Of a DNA stretch of 64,000 nucleotides, positions 1-12,867 are shown in pieces. The notes below the pieces were generated by a model. It was not told the DNA's origin. It saw nothing but the letters and a program-made list of their open reading frames with translations, and ran no database searches. The DNA comes from Schmidtea polychroa (Eukaryota), in the NCBI GenBank assembly GCA_044892525.1, contig CM097886.1, forward strand, positions 44,950,001 to 45,014,000. The letters are read 5' to 3'. The position numbers and the translations under genes were made by a program. Within the stretch, counting starts at the first letter, position 1, and every line of letters starts with the position of its first letter.

Positions 1-223
1 AAAGTGATGAAATATTATTTTAAATAGGCATTTATTTGTTAAATCAACTCGGCCTTCTCAGTGTATCTACAGTTCTGGCAGTGGTCAACCAGAAATTAAG
101 GGAAAAATACAGATTGTCTTTTTGGCAAGATTATCAACAAGCGAGGACAATTTTTAATGGATATTATTTGGAAGTATCATTAAAATTATTATTATTATTA
201 TTAATATTATTATTATTAATATT

Positions 224-423
224 ATTGTATTTATTAAAAACTTGTCCATGAATCAGTAAAGAAATAGATGATTTTTTGATATTCACGAATTTTCGGCACT
301 GCCTTTTTCAAGTAATTTTTTGGATCAAAATCACTTGCAAAAGGCAGTGCCGAAAATTCGTGAGTATCAAAATAACATCGATATATTACTGATTCATAGT
401 CAAGTTTTTTAATAAATACAATG
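224..423. mobile_element. Foldback (palindromic) MITE-like element, family A
   Basis: Left arm ATTGTATTTATTAAAAACTTG..ATGAATCAGTAA..TTCACGAATTTTCGGCACTGCCTTTT is the imperfect reverse complement of the right arm AAAAGGCAGTGCCGAAAATTCGTGAG..TTACTGATTCAT..CAAGTTTTTTAATAAATACAAT. Related copies occur at ~9957, ~14820 and ~23540. Confidence 0.7.
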
Positions 424-2721
424 CCAATTGAAAAGAAATAANNNNNNNNNNNNNNNNNNNNNNNNNNNNNNNNNNNNNNNNNNNNNNNNNNNNNNNNNNN
501 NNNNNNNNNNNNNNNNNNNNNNNNNNNNNNNNNNNNNNNNNNNNNNNNNNNNNNNNNNNNNNNNNNNNNNNNNNNNNNNNNNNNNNNNNNNNNNNNNNNN
601 NNNNNNNNNNNNNNNNNNNNNNNNNNNNNNNNNNNNNNNNNNNNNNNNNNNNNNNNNNNNNNNNNNNNNNNNNNNNATTATTAAATTCCATAATGAGTCA
701 GATTGTATTTATTTATGAGTGGCACCTGCATACTGTGTTTGTATATTTAAAAAAATTATTTTAATTAAAATTTATTTAATACTAAATTTATTACTTGGCT
801 TCACCCGGAATAGATTCATTATAATTTATTTTTGTTATCTTATTATTACAAATTTATTTCAATACTTGGCTATATACAATATTTTTAGTCTTTTGTTGAT
901 CATTGAAGGTGATGAAAAATGTTAAGGGATCCTTTGGCCTTTAAGAAGGCACTCGATTACCAAATCTATGCCTGAATTTGAGCGAAAAAAATTGAAAGTT
1001 GAAAATTTAACCATTAACCTAAAAATGACAAACTGATTATGGATAATATGTATATGTGACCTATAGGCAGGCAGACACGTGCACTTTTTTTTGTTATATA
1101 GATAAAAGTCTTATAGCATAAATTCAAAATAATTGAATTGTTTGAATAATTAAAAGATTTATTCAAATATACATAAATTATAAATTTAATTATATAAATA
1201 CCTTTAATGTGATTATTGTTTGATAATGTAAATAATTTTAGCGAGTATTTTTGTTTTTTCAAATTAATCACTTTTTCAAAATTAATTTTCAAAATTAATA
1301 TATCGTTCAAAATGAAAAAGGATTTAAAAACCAAACAAAAGTTAGATATTGTCCAATATTTATTGTAGAATGGCAAAATTCTCAAAAATAATGCATGATC
1401 ATGAATAATAAAATATCTTTTAAGTTATTTTTTAAATTGGATTTTATTAGTGATTAAATTTGAAACACAAAAAACTGTACATGTATCAAAAGATAAACAT
1501 AAAATCATTTCTTGTTCTAAAAATAAAGAAAAATACCCAAATAGTTCAATTTGAATATTTATTGTAAAAAGCAAAAAACGACACCCCAATTTCAAATATT
1601 CCGTAATTATAAAGATTATCTTTAATAGATTTTTTTGAAATTTTGGAATTTTGACTATTATTTAGATATTTTCCTATAAATTTTAATAAGGAAAATTAAT
1701 TTGTAAAAACTGTAGGGATATCTAGCTATCCTTCAAAAAAAATATTGTTACAAAATCATTCATTTATTATATTACTGCAAAAAACTAATTGGTCTCTTAA
1801 TGTATACGATTTTCTTTGAAAGGGGATAAATTTTGTTCTTTGCATAAAGTGCAAGTTTGGATTGTCTCACCTCTGGTCATAACATAAGCATTCACCGCAT
1901 TTTGCAAATTAATTTTATGATATAATGACTTTAACTATAAAACTTCACAAACGATACTTTCCCATTAGTTATTAAAGTTTTTTAATAAAATCATTAAATC
2001 CGAAATGCCTATTTTTGCATACAGCCCTTATTGTGCTCACTAATATTGGACGATGTTTTCAGTCCATAATGTTTTGATCTCGAATATCAATTTACATATA
2101 ATGGATATAATGCCACATACAGTGGAGAGACCTCCCGTCATCTCTGTATTCGAGCTCAAAGTAAAACATTACACTGAATATATATCAAATTAAAATCACT
2201 TCTAATGATTTCTATTTTGTTACATTTTCCTATACATTTTTTGTTTGGTACACTCGAAACAAGATTCAAGGAGTAAAGTTGAGCTATTTCAGTATTTAGA
2301 AAGAATCCAGACTTTATTTTATCAGCACAAAGGATAAATATTTCATAGCACGGGATTTTTGACGATTGTTGCACCAATTTATTTTTATAAAATGATTGAG
2401 AATTGTCGACTAAAACAGTAAAAACGCTAAATAATAATTATTTAATTTCCTCTTTTAAATGCAATAACTATATGAAAGAAATTTTAACTTACTTCAGTCA
2501 CTTTTTCTTTGACCAGTTTCAAACAATAGGGGGGAAAATTTACTTTCAAAATCAACCAACAAATCAGCAATGTTTACTCTATGTGTCACATTTGGCATTG
2601 GTTTGGCAAGGAATTTTAAAAAAGTTACATTTTTGTTTTTTTTTCTTTCTTATATTTGCAATAAAATTACTAGGAATTTTAATAGTTTCCGGACTGATTT
2701 TAACATTTCAATATAATTCAG

Positions 2722-3571
2722 GAGTCGCCTTTGCTGACGGATCATTGTACCGATAGCCCTTTGGCTACTTTGAAACGTGCTTGGCAAAGTCAGCGCTATA
2801 AAAACACAAATAACGAAACGATATGCAATTCGAATGCTACGGATAACCTAAAGTCTAATCAAGCGTATAATTCGTACAGAGTTAAAAATACTGTTAAGGT
2901 TCGATTATTTTACGATTTTACATATTTGTATAAGTATAAAATTGGTATAAATTGTAATATTTCTCTCTTTTGAGAAAGTGTAAGTAGATATAGAAATAAA
3001 TATATTATATTTATTTGTTTAAATAGAATCGATAAAAACAACCGTTTATTCAAATCTTCATTAATTTTAATGAATGATTCATAAGTAAAAATATCCAACC
3101 CTTGTATTTGTCAAACGAAAAAACCTCCAAAAACCAAAGATTTGAGAAAATGTTTCAAGAGATTCATTGAAAATTGGAAATTATAAATTACTAGAAACTA
3201 ATGTTTAAATAAAATTTAAATATAAAATTTCTGAACGTATATCTATATTCGTCAGTTATTTTTCATTCTGAGATGTTTTTATAATTCAGGAAAATGATAA
3301 TCCAAAAACACAACCAATTAAAACAAAAAACGATAATCGAAAACACCCGTCAAAGTCGTTACTTGATGATGAATGGAACAAAAGACGGCCATTTTTCGAT
3401 GACTTCTACAATGGTAATCAGAATCATAAGGGTAACATCCGCCAGCAAAGACATTACAAAAAGTTGGCTAATAAACTTGATAGATGGGAATTAGCAATTT
3501 ATTTGTTTATATCTTTGATAAATGCCATAATTTGTTTAGTTCTAATGCCGCAATATGCGACGGAGGAATGA
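2722..3571 (+). CDS. Probable last two exons (2722-2898, 3290-3571) of a Cys-loop ligand-gated ion channel-like gene (intracellular loop + M4); upstream exons not resolved
   Basis: Both exons follow ATAATTCAG acceptors and join in phase 0 (donor AAG|GT at 2899). The final exon ends RHYKKLANKLDRWELAIYLFISLINAIICLVLMPQYATEE*, resembling the W..VA.VIDR + M4 helix of nAChR/5-HT3 subunits. By-eye similarity only. Confidence 0.45.
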
Positions 3572-4557
3572 TGAGATGATTAAAAGAAATATTTGTAGAT
3601 TTACTGGAAAGTTTGTAGATTTTTATTTCACTCTATGATAAGCAAATAAAATTTTTAAATTATTTTTATTGAAATTTCCTCTGTGCATTTTATATTCAGT
3701 AAAACCAATTATCTTTTTCTTCATCTTTGATTCGTTTTCATTTACAATTTAAATGGAAATAAAATAAATTAAATTGTATATTTATTTTGTAGTATTTTTG
3801 AAAAATAAAATTTTCCGATATTATATTTCAAAATAAATGAAAAAATTTCTTTTAAAAAGTCTAGAAATATTTTAAATAAAAATAAATGAATAAAGCAGGA
3901 AATAGAATACATTTTATCATGAGTATTCATGGAGCAAAATAAACCAATTATTTGAGTAAAGATTTTTGATAATATGTAAAAGGTATAGTGTATGGAATCA
4001 GCTAATAGAATTAAAATTATCCGTGCGCAAAGCTTAATACAACTTTCGTTGCACCTAGGAAACCCCAAAGTAAAGACTTCTTTTTCCTCTTTGATTCATA
4101 ATGTAAGTCGTTGCTCTGCAAAGGAGTTATCGACCTCTTACAGCATGTTTTTGGAGGGATATGTTTGATCCAATTTAGTCAATAAATAATTCTTAAAGAA
4201 AAGTAATTTTATTTTTCATCTTTTGATTATAGGAAAACATCCAACCGACTATTATTTAATTAATAATCATCTTTTATATTTACATCTTCATCATAATATT
4301 TATTTTACAATTGAAGTCAGAACTGTATTAAGTTCGTCCCCCCCCCTATTTTGATCTTAATACATCAATTGAACCCAAAATTTATTATGCTTATTCACGA
4401 GAGGGCTGGATCAGTTAATTAGGTAAAAATTAAATTAAAATTAGTATTTTTAAAATCAAAAACTAAATGTTATAACAAATTTTAGAACTTTAATATATTC
4501 TGTAATATAAAGTTTATAATAGAAAATTTCAAAAGCAAGTTTATTGTTTTAACTAAC

Positions 4558-5598
4558 TGTTGGCGTTCTAGAGGTAGTTACCTGTCATAACTCAGAAAAG
4601 AGGCTAAACTTTCAGATGGTGCTATCGATAGGGGTGATATTTTGTTGCCGGGATAACGCCTAGAAGGCCTAACACGACTATTTCAGACAACCGACTGTAT
4701 ACCCTCGGGTGTGAAGCGCGTTGATATTGTATACAGCGGCGGAATGCAGGGCAGCTAGTTCGGCTAACCACCGCGCTTTGGTTCGTAGTCAGCGCATTCA
4801 GCGGGTCTTGGTGTAATGATTTCTACTCGATTTTGATACGGTTGCTGCAACAGGTGTGAGAGCAAGAACAGACTGAGCAAGAAGAGATCGTGGAACAGAA
4901 GTGGCGTCGACAGATTTAAGACCTTCGGGTAGGAGATGGATTGAAATGATATCTAATTACAGCAAGGCGTTACACTGGGGCACTCAGGCCTCCAACTCCT
5001 TTTCGGTATACATTCTCGACAATAGCTCGTGTTGTCTCCGTATTACAAGACTCTGGGTTCAGCTTTCGGTAACGATCTCGTCGTGAGTCTTGCCGAGTCT
5101 GAAGATTCTCTAATGTAATACTTGTGCTTTTTCTGGGGCGAGCCAAGTGGCTTCCATTTGATTCAGTAGTTTTTGCATTTTACTTAATTGCTCACGTAGC
5201 TTGCAAAGTTCATCCATCAGTTGTAGCTCTTTAGGAGAAAGTGCTATTGGGGCATTTGCTTTTGTCATTTCTGGGAAAGAAAACTAGACATAAGCAAAAG
5301 GATTATAGTTGGGGTTGAATTGGGCATTTTTATAGAAATTTTATTTATTAATGCATGTTATTTTCATTTTTTGCTTTTCAATGTGTTTCTTTTTGCAACT
5401 TCTTACTTGTCATTAATTTTAATTATTTTTGTTTTATTTTTTAATATAGTGTTTGTTTAATAATATGTTTATTTGGAGTATTTTTTATTATTTTAAATAT
5501 ACTTTTTGTCGTATATATGCTTATCCTAACTTCTCCGGCAGGCTTATTTTAAGTACTAGTAATTAATTAATTTTAATTACTAGCCTTCTGGCTCAACA
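4558..5598 (-). mobile_element. Degraded solo LTR related to the large element at 49331
   Basis: On the minus strand it starts TGTTGAGCCAGAAGGCTAG (cf. TGTTGGGCTGAGCCGAAGGGTAG at 49331) and ends GTAACTACC..CGCCAACA (cf. GTAGCTACCCGCCAACA at 53252-53268). It has an A-rich U3-like tract and a pseudogenised homolog of the LTR ORF. No clear TSD. Confidence 0.7.
4620..5268 (-). pseudogene. Pseudogene homologous to the LTR-encoded ORF 51963-52706
   Basis: ATG at 5268 gives ..KLREQLSKMQKLLNQMEATWLAPEKAQVLH*RIFRLGKTHDEIVTES*TQSLVIRRQHELLSRMY. This aligns without gaps to DLQAQIGKYKRKIDELEGTWFSPTRMKEAQKKLHRSEHCRDALISESRAQRSLIKEQSEALHKLY. In-frame stops at 5112, 5061 and further on. Confidence 0.75.
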
Positions 5599-7215
5599 CA
5601 AATAAAGAATTTATTGTCGACTAGAAAATAAAATTTCTCAAGAAAACCAATATTTTATAAACTTGTTACATGTTTTATTAAAAATGTTTCCATTTATTAT
5701 ATTTTGGAATTACTATGTTTCTTACGAATTTGTTCAATCGATCATCTGAAAGTTTCCATTATTAATTCTACGATATGAAGGTAACATTCTTCTAAGGATT
5801 TCTAGAGGAAAGGGGATCACTTCTTGGATATATTGAAATTTCAGCGCGGAACTGTATTCTAGACAGCTTTCCTTGTTGAAAAACAGAATAAAACTTTTAA
5901 TTTTAATATCGAGTTGTTTTTATTTATGGAATGATTGTTAACTATATGTAGACATTTTGCAGCTTTATTTTTTTCATTCCATTAAAATATTTTGATTTTA
6001 AATCATGTTCAATTCTTTTGAATTTACAGAACATCATTGATAGAATAGTAAATCTTAAAATCAGAACTTCCAGCTACTATTAGTTATTAGTTATTTATGA
6101 CAAGAAAGTTTATATTTAAGTTAAATTTTTAAAATTCTAATTGGAAAATGTCGAAGAGGGGATAACAAAATCTGTAATTTTTGTTTTTATCTATGTCAAC
6201 ACTATAAACACTAAAATTATGGACAGTAGGTTCTGCTTAACGCCCGCCAGGAGTCTGTTTGAATTGCATCGAAAGCATTCGGTTCAAACAACATAAGTAG
6301 ATAGAAGCTTGGGAAGACGTATGAAAACTCGCAAGGATCGTGTAACTTGAAATTCTCAGAGTTTCTTATTTCTTTATGTATATAAAGTGTATATTATACA
6401 CATAATTCCGTTTTTACGCAATAGATGTGTTTTCAAAAGACTCGCGTAAAAATGATACAGTATCCAAATAAAAGTATGGGATTAGTTTTACATTTAAAAA
6501 ATCAACTAAAATAATTTCATTTTAGTAAACAAATTTATCATTTTGAAGCGCGTTCCACACTTTTTTATAATACCTTAAAATAAATTTGATTGCGCAGCTT
6601 CTATATTGTTTATCATTTGTAATAGTTAGATATTATCCATAAATATTGCTACTTTATCATCTGTATGTACTTTAGTTTTGCGTGTTTTATTTTATTAATT
6701 TTATTTCTATTTAAATGAGTTTGAAAATTTAAACTGGTATATAGTTTTAGCCACAACCTTGAGTACATGATATTGTATACCCGGTCGTGGGCACAATGTA
6801 TTTTATTCCACTCGTCAAAACATGTTAATTTTCTATGTATTTTATTTTATTATTTTCAGAACATCTAATTTATTTAATTGAATATTTTATTTGGAATTTT
6901 TGAATGACGTTTTGAAATTTTTTATTGAAAAATTTATGATAAGATTTATTTTATTATTATAAGAACTTTTTTTAATTTTCATCACTGATGATAAAAATTG
7001 ATAATGCCTAATTTATGAAAAACTAATTGTAAGTGATTTCGTTGAAATATTAATAATTCTATGTGTTTTAATAATAGTCTTACAAGTGGAAAATTTAACC
7101 ATTCTCTTTAATTTCGAAACTCATTTTAAAAATACTTAATTATAGTGTAAAATTAATTTTATTTCAATCTTTTTCATATAATAATTCTGGAGTTTAAGTG
7201 TATTTTTTATTTATT

Positions 7216-7836
7216 ATGTTTAGAAAGTTGTTTCTTCATTTAAGTAAGACTATCAAAATGCCTGTTATTGGGCTTTTATCAGCAGCTGTAATCAAAGTAA
7301 ATTTGGAAAATAATAACAGTGAATCAAATAAAATTGAAATAAAAAGTTGGTGTCCGTCCAAAGCTTTAATATCTTCTTTACAACTTCAGATGGATATTAC
7401 AGTTGGAATCGTAAATCAAATGTTGCTAGAATTTAATGATTATACAAATCAATTGGAATCGACAATTAAAAATTTAATTAAAAAAATGAAACATGAGCTA
7501 ATTGATGACAAATGTCTTGATGAATGTGTTGAATTGCGTGGATCTTTGCAATTGTTGATTAGCAATATAAATGAAATTGAGTTGTGTTTAAATGCCGCTG
7601 TAAATGTATTAGAAACTTCATTGAGTTCCGCGTTTTTTACTTGTGACAAAACAGTTGAAAATACGATTGTAAGTAGGATTTATAGTTCTGGTTCGAAATC
7701 GCTGACAGATGCCAAAGAATCCATTTTGCAATGCAAGAAATTAAAGGAATTATTGTTTCAAGAATTGTACGAAGAGCAACGGAGCATAATTACTACCACA
7801 GTGACAGATGATCAAAATTCATCAATTATTAAATAA
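7216..7836 (+). CDS. DIABLO: Smac/DIABLO-like mitochondrial helical protein (206 aa, intronless)
   Basis: The basic/hydrophobic N-terminus MFRKLFLHLSKTIK resembles a transit peptide. DDKCLDECVELRGSL..EIELCLNAAVNVLETSLSSAFFT aligns ungapped with Smac [38 protein letters not shown], and SKALI matches SEALM. Confidence 0.6.
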   Translation: MFRKLFLHLSKTIKMPVIGLLSAAVIKVNLENNNSESNKIEIKSWCPSKALISSLQLQMDITVGIVNQMLLEFNDYTNQLESTIKNLIKKMKHELIDDKCLDECVELRGSLQLLISNINEIELCLNAAVNVLETSLSSAFFTCDKTVENTIVSRIYSSGSKSLTDAKESILQCKKLKELLFQELYEEQRSIITTTVTDDQNSSIIK

Positions 7837-8329
7837 AAAAAATTTATGTTTTAAATTATTTTATTTATTTTTTGCCAAATTTATGAAATTATTTAATCGT
7901 CTTATGCGCTTATGTTTATTAATTATTGGAAATTGAGGTGACATTCATTAATATCAATACGAATACATAATAACATTGTTTATAATTATGGTTGTCATAT
8001 ATCTTGCCAGTTTTTATTGAGCTGTGATATTCTATAAATGTGGATTGGTATTTAAATAAGTAAACAGGATAATCCTTGTTGAGGCGTTTAGCACCTTAAG
8101 TTTGTAGTGATACATCAATGGGGACAAATAAAATGGATTGAGAAAATTTTAAGGTAGACTAATTTTCTTGAAATAAACAATCAATGAAGTTAATATATTA
8201 CATTAGCTCAAGTAAAGGTGAAGTAATAAACAATATAAAATCAGTCATATAGTAATGGTTGATTCAGTCTCAACATTTTCATTTAGTTTAGCGGGATAAT
8301 TTTGAAAATAACTCCCACATTCCATGTGG

Positions 8330-9897
8330 TAAATCTAAACTAGAGTACCAATTCTTGTGACAATTGATATCAACCTGTCTTCATTGATGTCGTTCTCTGA
8401 TCATTGCACTTACCCAATTTAGAGCTCCATTATTCTTTGTTTTTTAGATCCAGCAGTTGCATCTCAAAGTCACCAATATCAACAATGTTGATTCAACATT
8501 AAAGGAGGAAAAATTTAGTTCTGATACATTGGCATTGATAGGATTTTTAACAAAAGCTAAAGTTGGTTCACTGCTTCTGAATTCGTGAAACATATTGACA
8601 AAGGCTTCCTTCGTATTTAAAAGTATTTCTTTAAAATAACGAATATTGGAATTATTCTCTTGGTAATATTTTAGTAAACTTGGAAAATGATTAAACGTTT
8701 TTTTTCAAAATCTTGAACAAATATGGATAGTTTTACTTCAAATATAGTAACTTCTAACATTGAAAAATTATATCTTCTTTCCCCTGTAGTTGATTAGTTG
8801 GTTTGTTATATATGAAGATATTTTTATTGTCCTATCCGTTACTGTTTTAGCAGACAATGGTAACTCTTTAATTTTTTGATAAATTTCTACTTTGTTCTTA
8901 AAATCTTGAAATAATATTTCGGATGCTTTTATAAAACAACGTTTTATATATTCACTGTCTGTGTATGATTTTCCTCTCCTAGCAATCTCTTGACTAACCA
9001 CAAAACTTGCAATAATAACATTGCAAGAAAATTGTATCCAGTGATTAAATGCAAAAGTTGATTTTTTTGGGTCTTCTGAAGTTCTTCAATTGCTTTTTCT
9101 TTGCATCACCAACAGGATATTTAATAATAAATGACTTGTGTTTAGTTGTAAAGTGTCTCTTCAAATTTGATTTTTTGTTTTGCGCTAATTTTTCTCCCCA
9201 AATAAGGCAAGTAGGAAGACTATTTGAGTTTTTAAACCTCGGTCCATTTCACTTGAAATTCACGGCTCCCTTCTTCCGTTTTCATTCGTTTCCTTTTTGT
9301 ATCCATCTCAAATGGGTTACACCTAAAAAATTATTTTATTTCAGAATAGTAAAGCAAGCAACCTAAAAATATGAATACACCAAATTACAATAATACCTAC
9401 TTAATTAATAAATACTTCGAATAAACAAGCAATGAAGAAACTATGCAGAAATATATTGTAGATGAATTCATGCGATACATTAATAATAATACTTAATAAT
9501 AATACTTACTTAATTCAATAATACTTATTTAATTAATAAATACTTCGATAAACAATCTCGTGGATGTTTAAAATTTTGCAACATCTGAGCGCATGGTAAT
9601 TTTTTGAAGGCAGGCGGGCCATATAAAAAAGTCGACCACATTTAAAAGTTTAGTTTCATTATGAAAATTGTATAAATTAATTATGCAAATTGCAAAAAGT
9701 TGAGCATAAGAATAAAATATATATAAATGGACTTATGTAAATGTATATGTAAGAGTAATGCTTATGTAAAATAAAAATTTAGATTGTAAAATTGCATATA
9801 AACTTTATGAGCAGTTTTAGTATTTTATATTTTATTAGCTACATATTTTTTATGTAAAATTCAGTTCATTTGGCGGACCGCGGGTTGGCCACTACTG
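8330..9897 (-). mobile_element. Internally deleted hAT transposon (GTF2IRD2/SPIN-type transposase relic)
   Basis: ORF 8768-9001 reads SQEIARRGKSYTDSEYIKRC..LPLSAKTVTDRTIKI; the C-terminal fragment DIGDFEMQLLDLKNK lies near 8430-8480. The hAT-type end CAGTAGTGGCCAACCCGCGG is at 9897 on the minus strand. Confidence 0.75.
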
Positions 9898-9956
9898 CTC
9901 TACTAATAATTAATAAATTATATATTATAAGAACTTTTGTTCCAATTTCTTTTCCA

Positions 9957-10072
9957 TTGTATTTATTAAAAAAGCTTGAAGACTATGAATCAGTAAATAT
10001 ATCGATGTTTTCACATATGAATTGATATATTTAATGATTTATAGTCTTCAAGCTTTTTAATAATTTATATAA
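9957..10072. mobile_element. Short foldback MITE, family A (internally deleted copy)
   Basis: ATTGTATTTATTAAAAAAGCTTGAAGACTATGAATCAGTAAATATATC is inverted against GATATATTTAATGATTTATAGTCTTCAAGCTTTTTAATAA. Confidence 0.7.
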
Positions 10073-12867
10073 TTAATAATTTATTAGATATTTATCAAAT
10101 GTCTATGATGCAATATATTCTAAATATAGAATTTGGAAAATCCAAATACAGCCATACAAACCAAAAATAAGCCTAATTTCTCTTGGTTGTCCTTATTTTT
10201 TATATTTGGCTGTTGCTGCTCAAAAACAAGAACTTTCACAAACTTTAGGATCTCAAATAGTTATCTTGTAGAAAGAAAAATATTCTGAGAGGAAAATAGC
10301 ATCAAGATTAGGAGTACAATCAACTGTTTATCAACTGTATATGAATTATGTTTGTATAAATAATTCTGCAACAGCCTATTTATTATAAATTTTTTAACAA
10401 AATATCGCATAATCAAAGTTTTCCAAAATCAAAAAGAAATTTTAAAAAATTATGAAAATTTATAGGCCGACATTGTGAATTGCTTAAATTGGGACACGTC
10501 GACATATGCCGACACATACAAAATATCGTACATAAACACGTTGGACATACCCGTCGGCAATTGCATTGGTTTTATATGTAGGAGCATATTTTGTGTCCTT
10601 ACAGAAGCAATCAGATTTGAGTTAGTGACCCAATTAGATTTTTAAATATTAAATAAACCACAAACTCAAAACTGAAACCGAATTTAAGTATCTGCATTAA
10701 AACCTAAATAATTGCTTGTGTCATTTTGCGAACATTTTCTAAATTTCACGTATCCGCGAAAGGGTTAAAATTAAAAAATTATTTTGTTAAATATTTTTAA
10801 TTTCATTTATATAATTATATTTTATTGGAGCATTTCAGGTAAACAACAAAAAAAGAAAAGAAAGATTCAATTAGAAAAATCAGATAAATTTCCGATTGAA
10901 GTGAACAGGACCGGTTTTAGGTCGAAATTAATTAATTATTAAACACAACGGAAATAGTTTACTAACTTATTTGGATTATGTTTTTAATTATAATACAGGC
11001 ATTTTTTAAGTAATTTTCTTTGTTGAATAAAAATTATTTTTCGATAATTTTATATTAATTGTTTCTCTATTTCTGTGTCATATTATTTTTGTCTAAAAGG
11101 ACAACTCGCACGTAGAAAAGTCTTTTTAATTTGGTTTCTTATTTATTTACCTAATTTTTTATAATTTTAATTTTGTTATTTTTATTTAGCATTAGGCGGG
11201 AGCAGAGACTAAAAATTGAAGTTGGTTTCGTGAAAACTGAAATAAATGCCAAAAGAGAAAAATTGGGAAAATGTTAAAAATGTAAATTGTTATTTATTTC
11301 AAAATTCCCAAAATTCAAATTTTAAATAACCTGTTTTCTTCAATTTGATATATTTATAATCCCAAAACATTTTTGAATAATTGTTTCTGTCATCTTTATC
11401 CCAAATTCAATGTAATGTGTGTTCCAGTAGTTTATGGTATTATGTGAATGTTGTTAAGTTGGTAGTACAGTACTTGTAATGTATCAACAGGTTCATGCCT
11501 GTTCAGTGTCAATTGTAGTGTGATAGAGGTGGGACTGTGCAAACATTTTACGTATTATTTCATTAATTCAGTGTTAAAAGGGTTAACTTTTTTATGGGGT
11601 CCCAAGAATTAAAAATTTTATTTCTTTCCCCAATAATTGCAGTTTTTCAGGTCTTTCCATCTCTGGCTTTATTCTTTATTATTCTATGTGAATTAAAAAT
11701 TTAACATTTTAAACTAGAAATTTTTGAAAGTTTCGCGTTCAAATAAACAGTTGATCTGTTTCGACTGAGTAATTAGGTATACAATGTCATTGTCAACTTT
11801 TTGTTTCTCTACATTAAACACTTGAAAATAATTCTGACACACAAGATTTTAATATTCATATCTGTCTGTATAAATCATACAAACTCCGGCGGGGTTTCTC
11901 CGTATCATAGACGATTAAAATTCGTTGATTATTATAAATGTTAATTTTCAATTTTAAACTTCGCTTGAAACTGGCCGAGAAATCAAGACATTTTGATTAA
12001 ATAATATCTAAATTTTTCATAAGCAATTTGCCGAGTCTAGAATGTAAAAAGAATTTTTTAATTAATTAAAAAATTAAAAAAAGTTATTTTAAAATATTTT
12101 TATTTTTCAAAAACGCATTTACAGAAATTTAAAATAGAAATGCACATTTATAAAATAAATAAAAAATTGAAAAATTTTCTTTCGATCTGCAACAATAAAC
12201 ACGATTAAAAAGAAATTTAACCTAGCTCAATGTTTAAATTTAAAAACATTTAAAAGAATTTAAAATAAAAAAATATTATAAATAATAAAAATTCATCTGA
12301 ATATGTCAAAACATTTCGAATATTTTCTTATTTAATATAAATTTTTTAAATTTATTTTTTCAAATTATTTATCTGTTGTTCTATACTTTTTTGTAAGTCT
12401 TATATTGAGCTAACCGAAAAATTATATCTCCTATTTTTATTGCTTTTCAAGTTTAGTAATATCATTTAAATATATTTCTCTCAATATTAACAATCAAAAT
12501 GCAAGAATTGTCTAGTTTGGTTTCATTAAAAGCCGATGCTACAAAAAAATTGGACTCGGAATAATAAAATATTTTGCAAACATGAAATTTAGGAAGGTAT
12601 ATTTTTATTTATCAGTTTTTCGGTTTTAAATATATTCCTGTCATCTGTGACAATGTAATTTAGTTAATTAGTAAAAGTGAATATTAAATTAATTAATATT
12701 ATTAACGATTTAATTAAAAATTGCGAGAATGTGTTTTGTTTAATTCCTTATTTATACAATACATTGAAAGATTTTCCTCAGAAGATTTTTTTTGAATAAT
12801 ATTATCAAGATTATTTTTTGAATTTATAAAATTTAATTATAATTTGACTTTTACCTATGGATACAAT

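Noticed and set aside
386-718. ORFs spanning the first N gap (similarly 36814-37291 and 39144-39470)
   Set aside because: They are open only because N codons translate as X; assembly-gap artefacts.
700-2700. Upstream exons of the channel-like gene or another gene
   Set aside because: Several short open stretches exist, but I could not assemble a motif-supported, frame-consistent model.
3769-4068. Hydrophobic minus-strand ORF as a membrane protein
   Set aside because: TTG start, F/I/L/K composition typical of AT-rich non-coding DNA, and a stop just upstream; no family motif.
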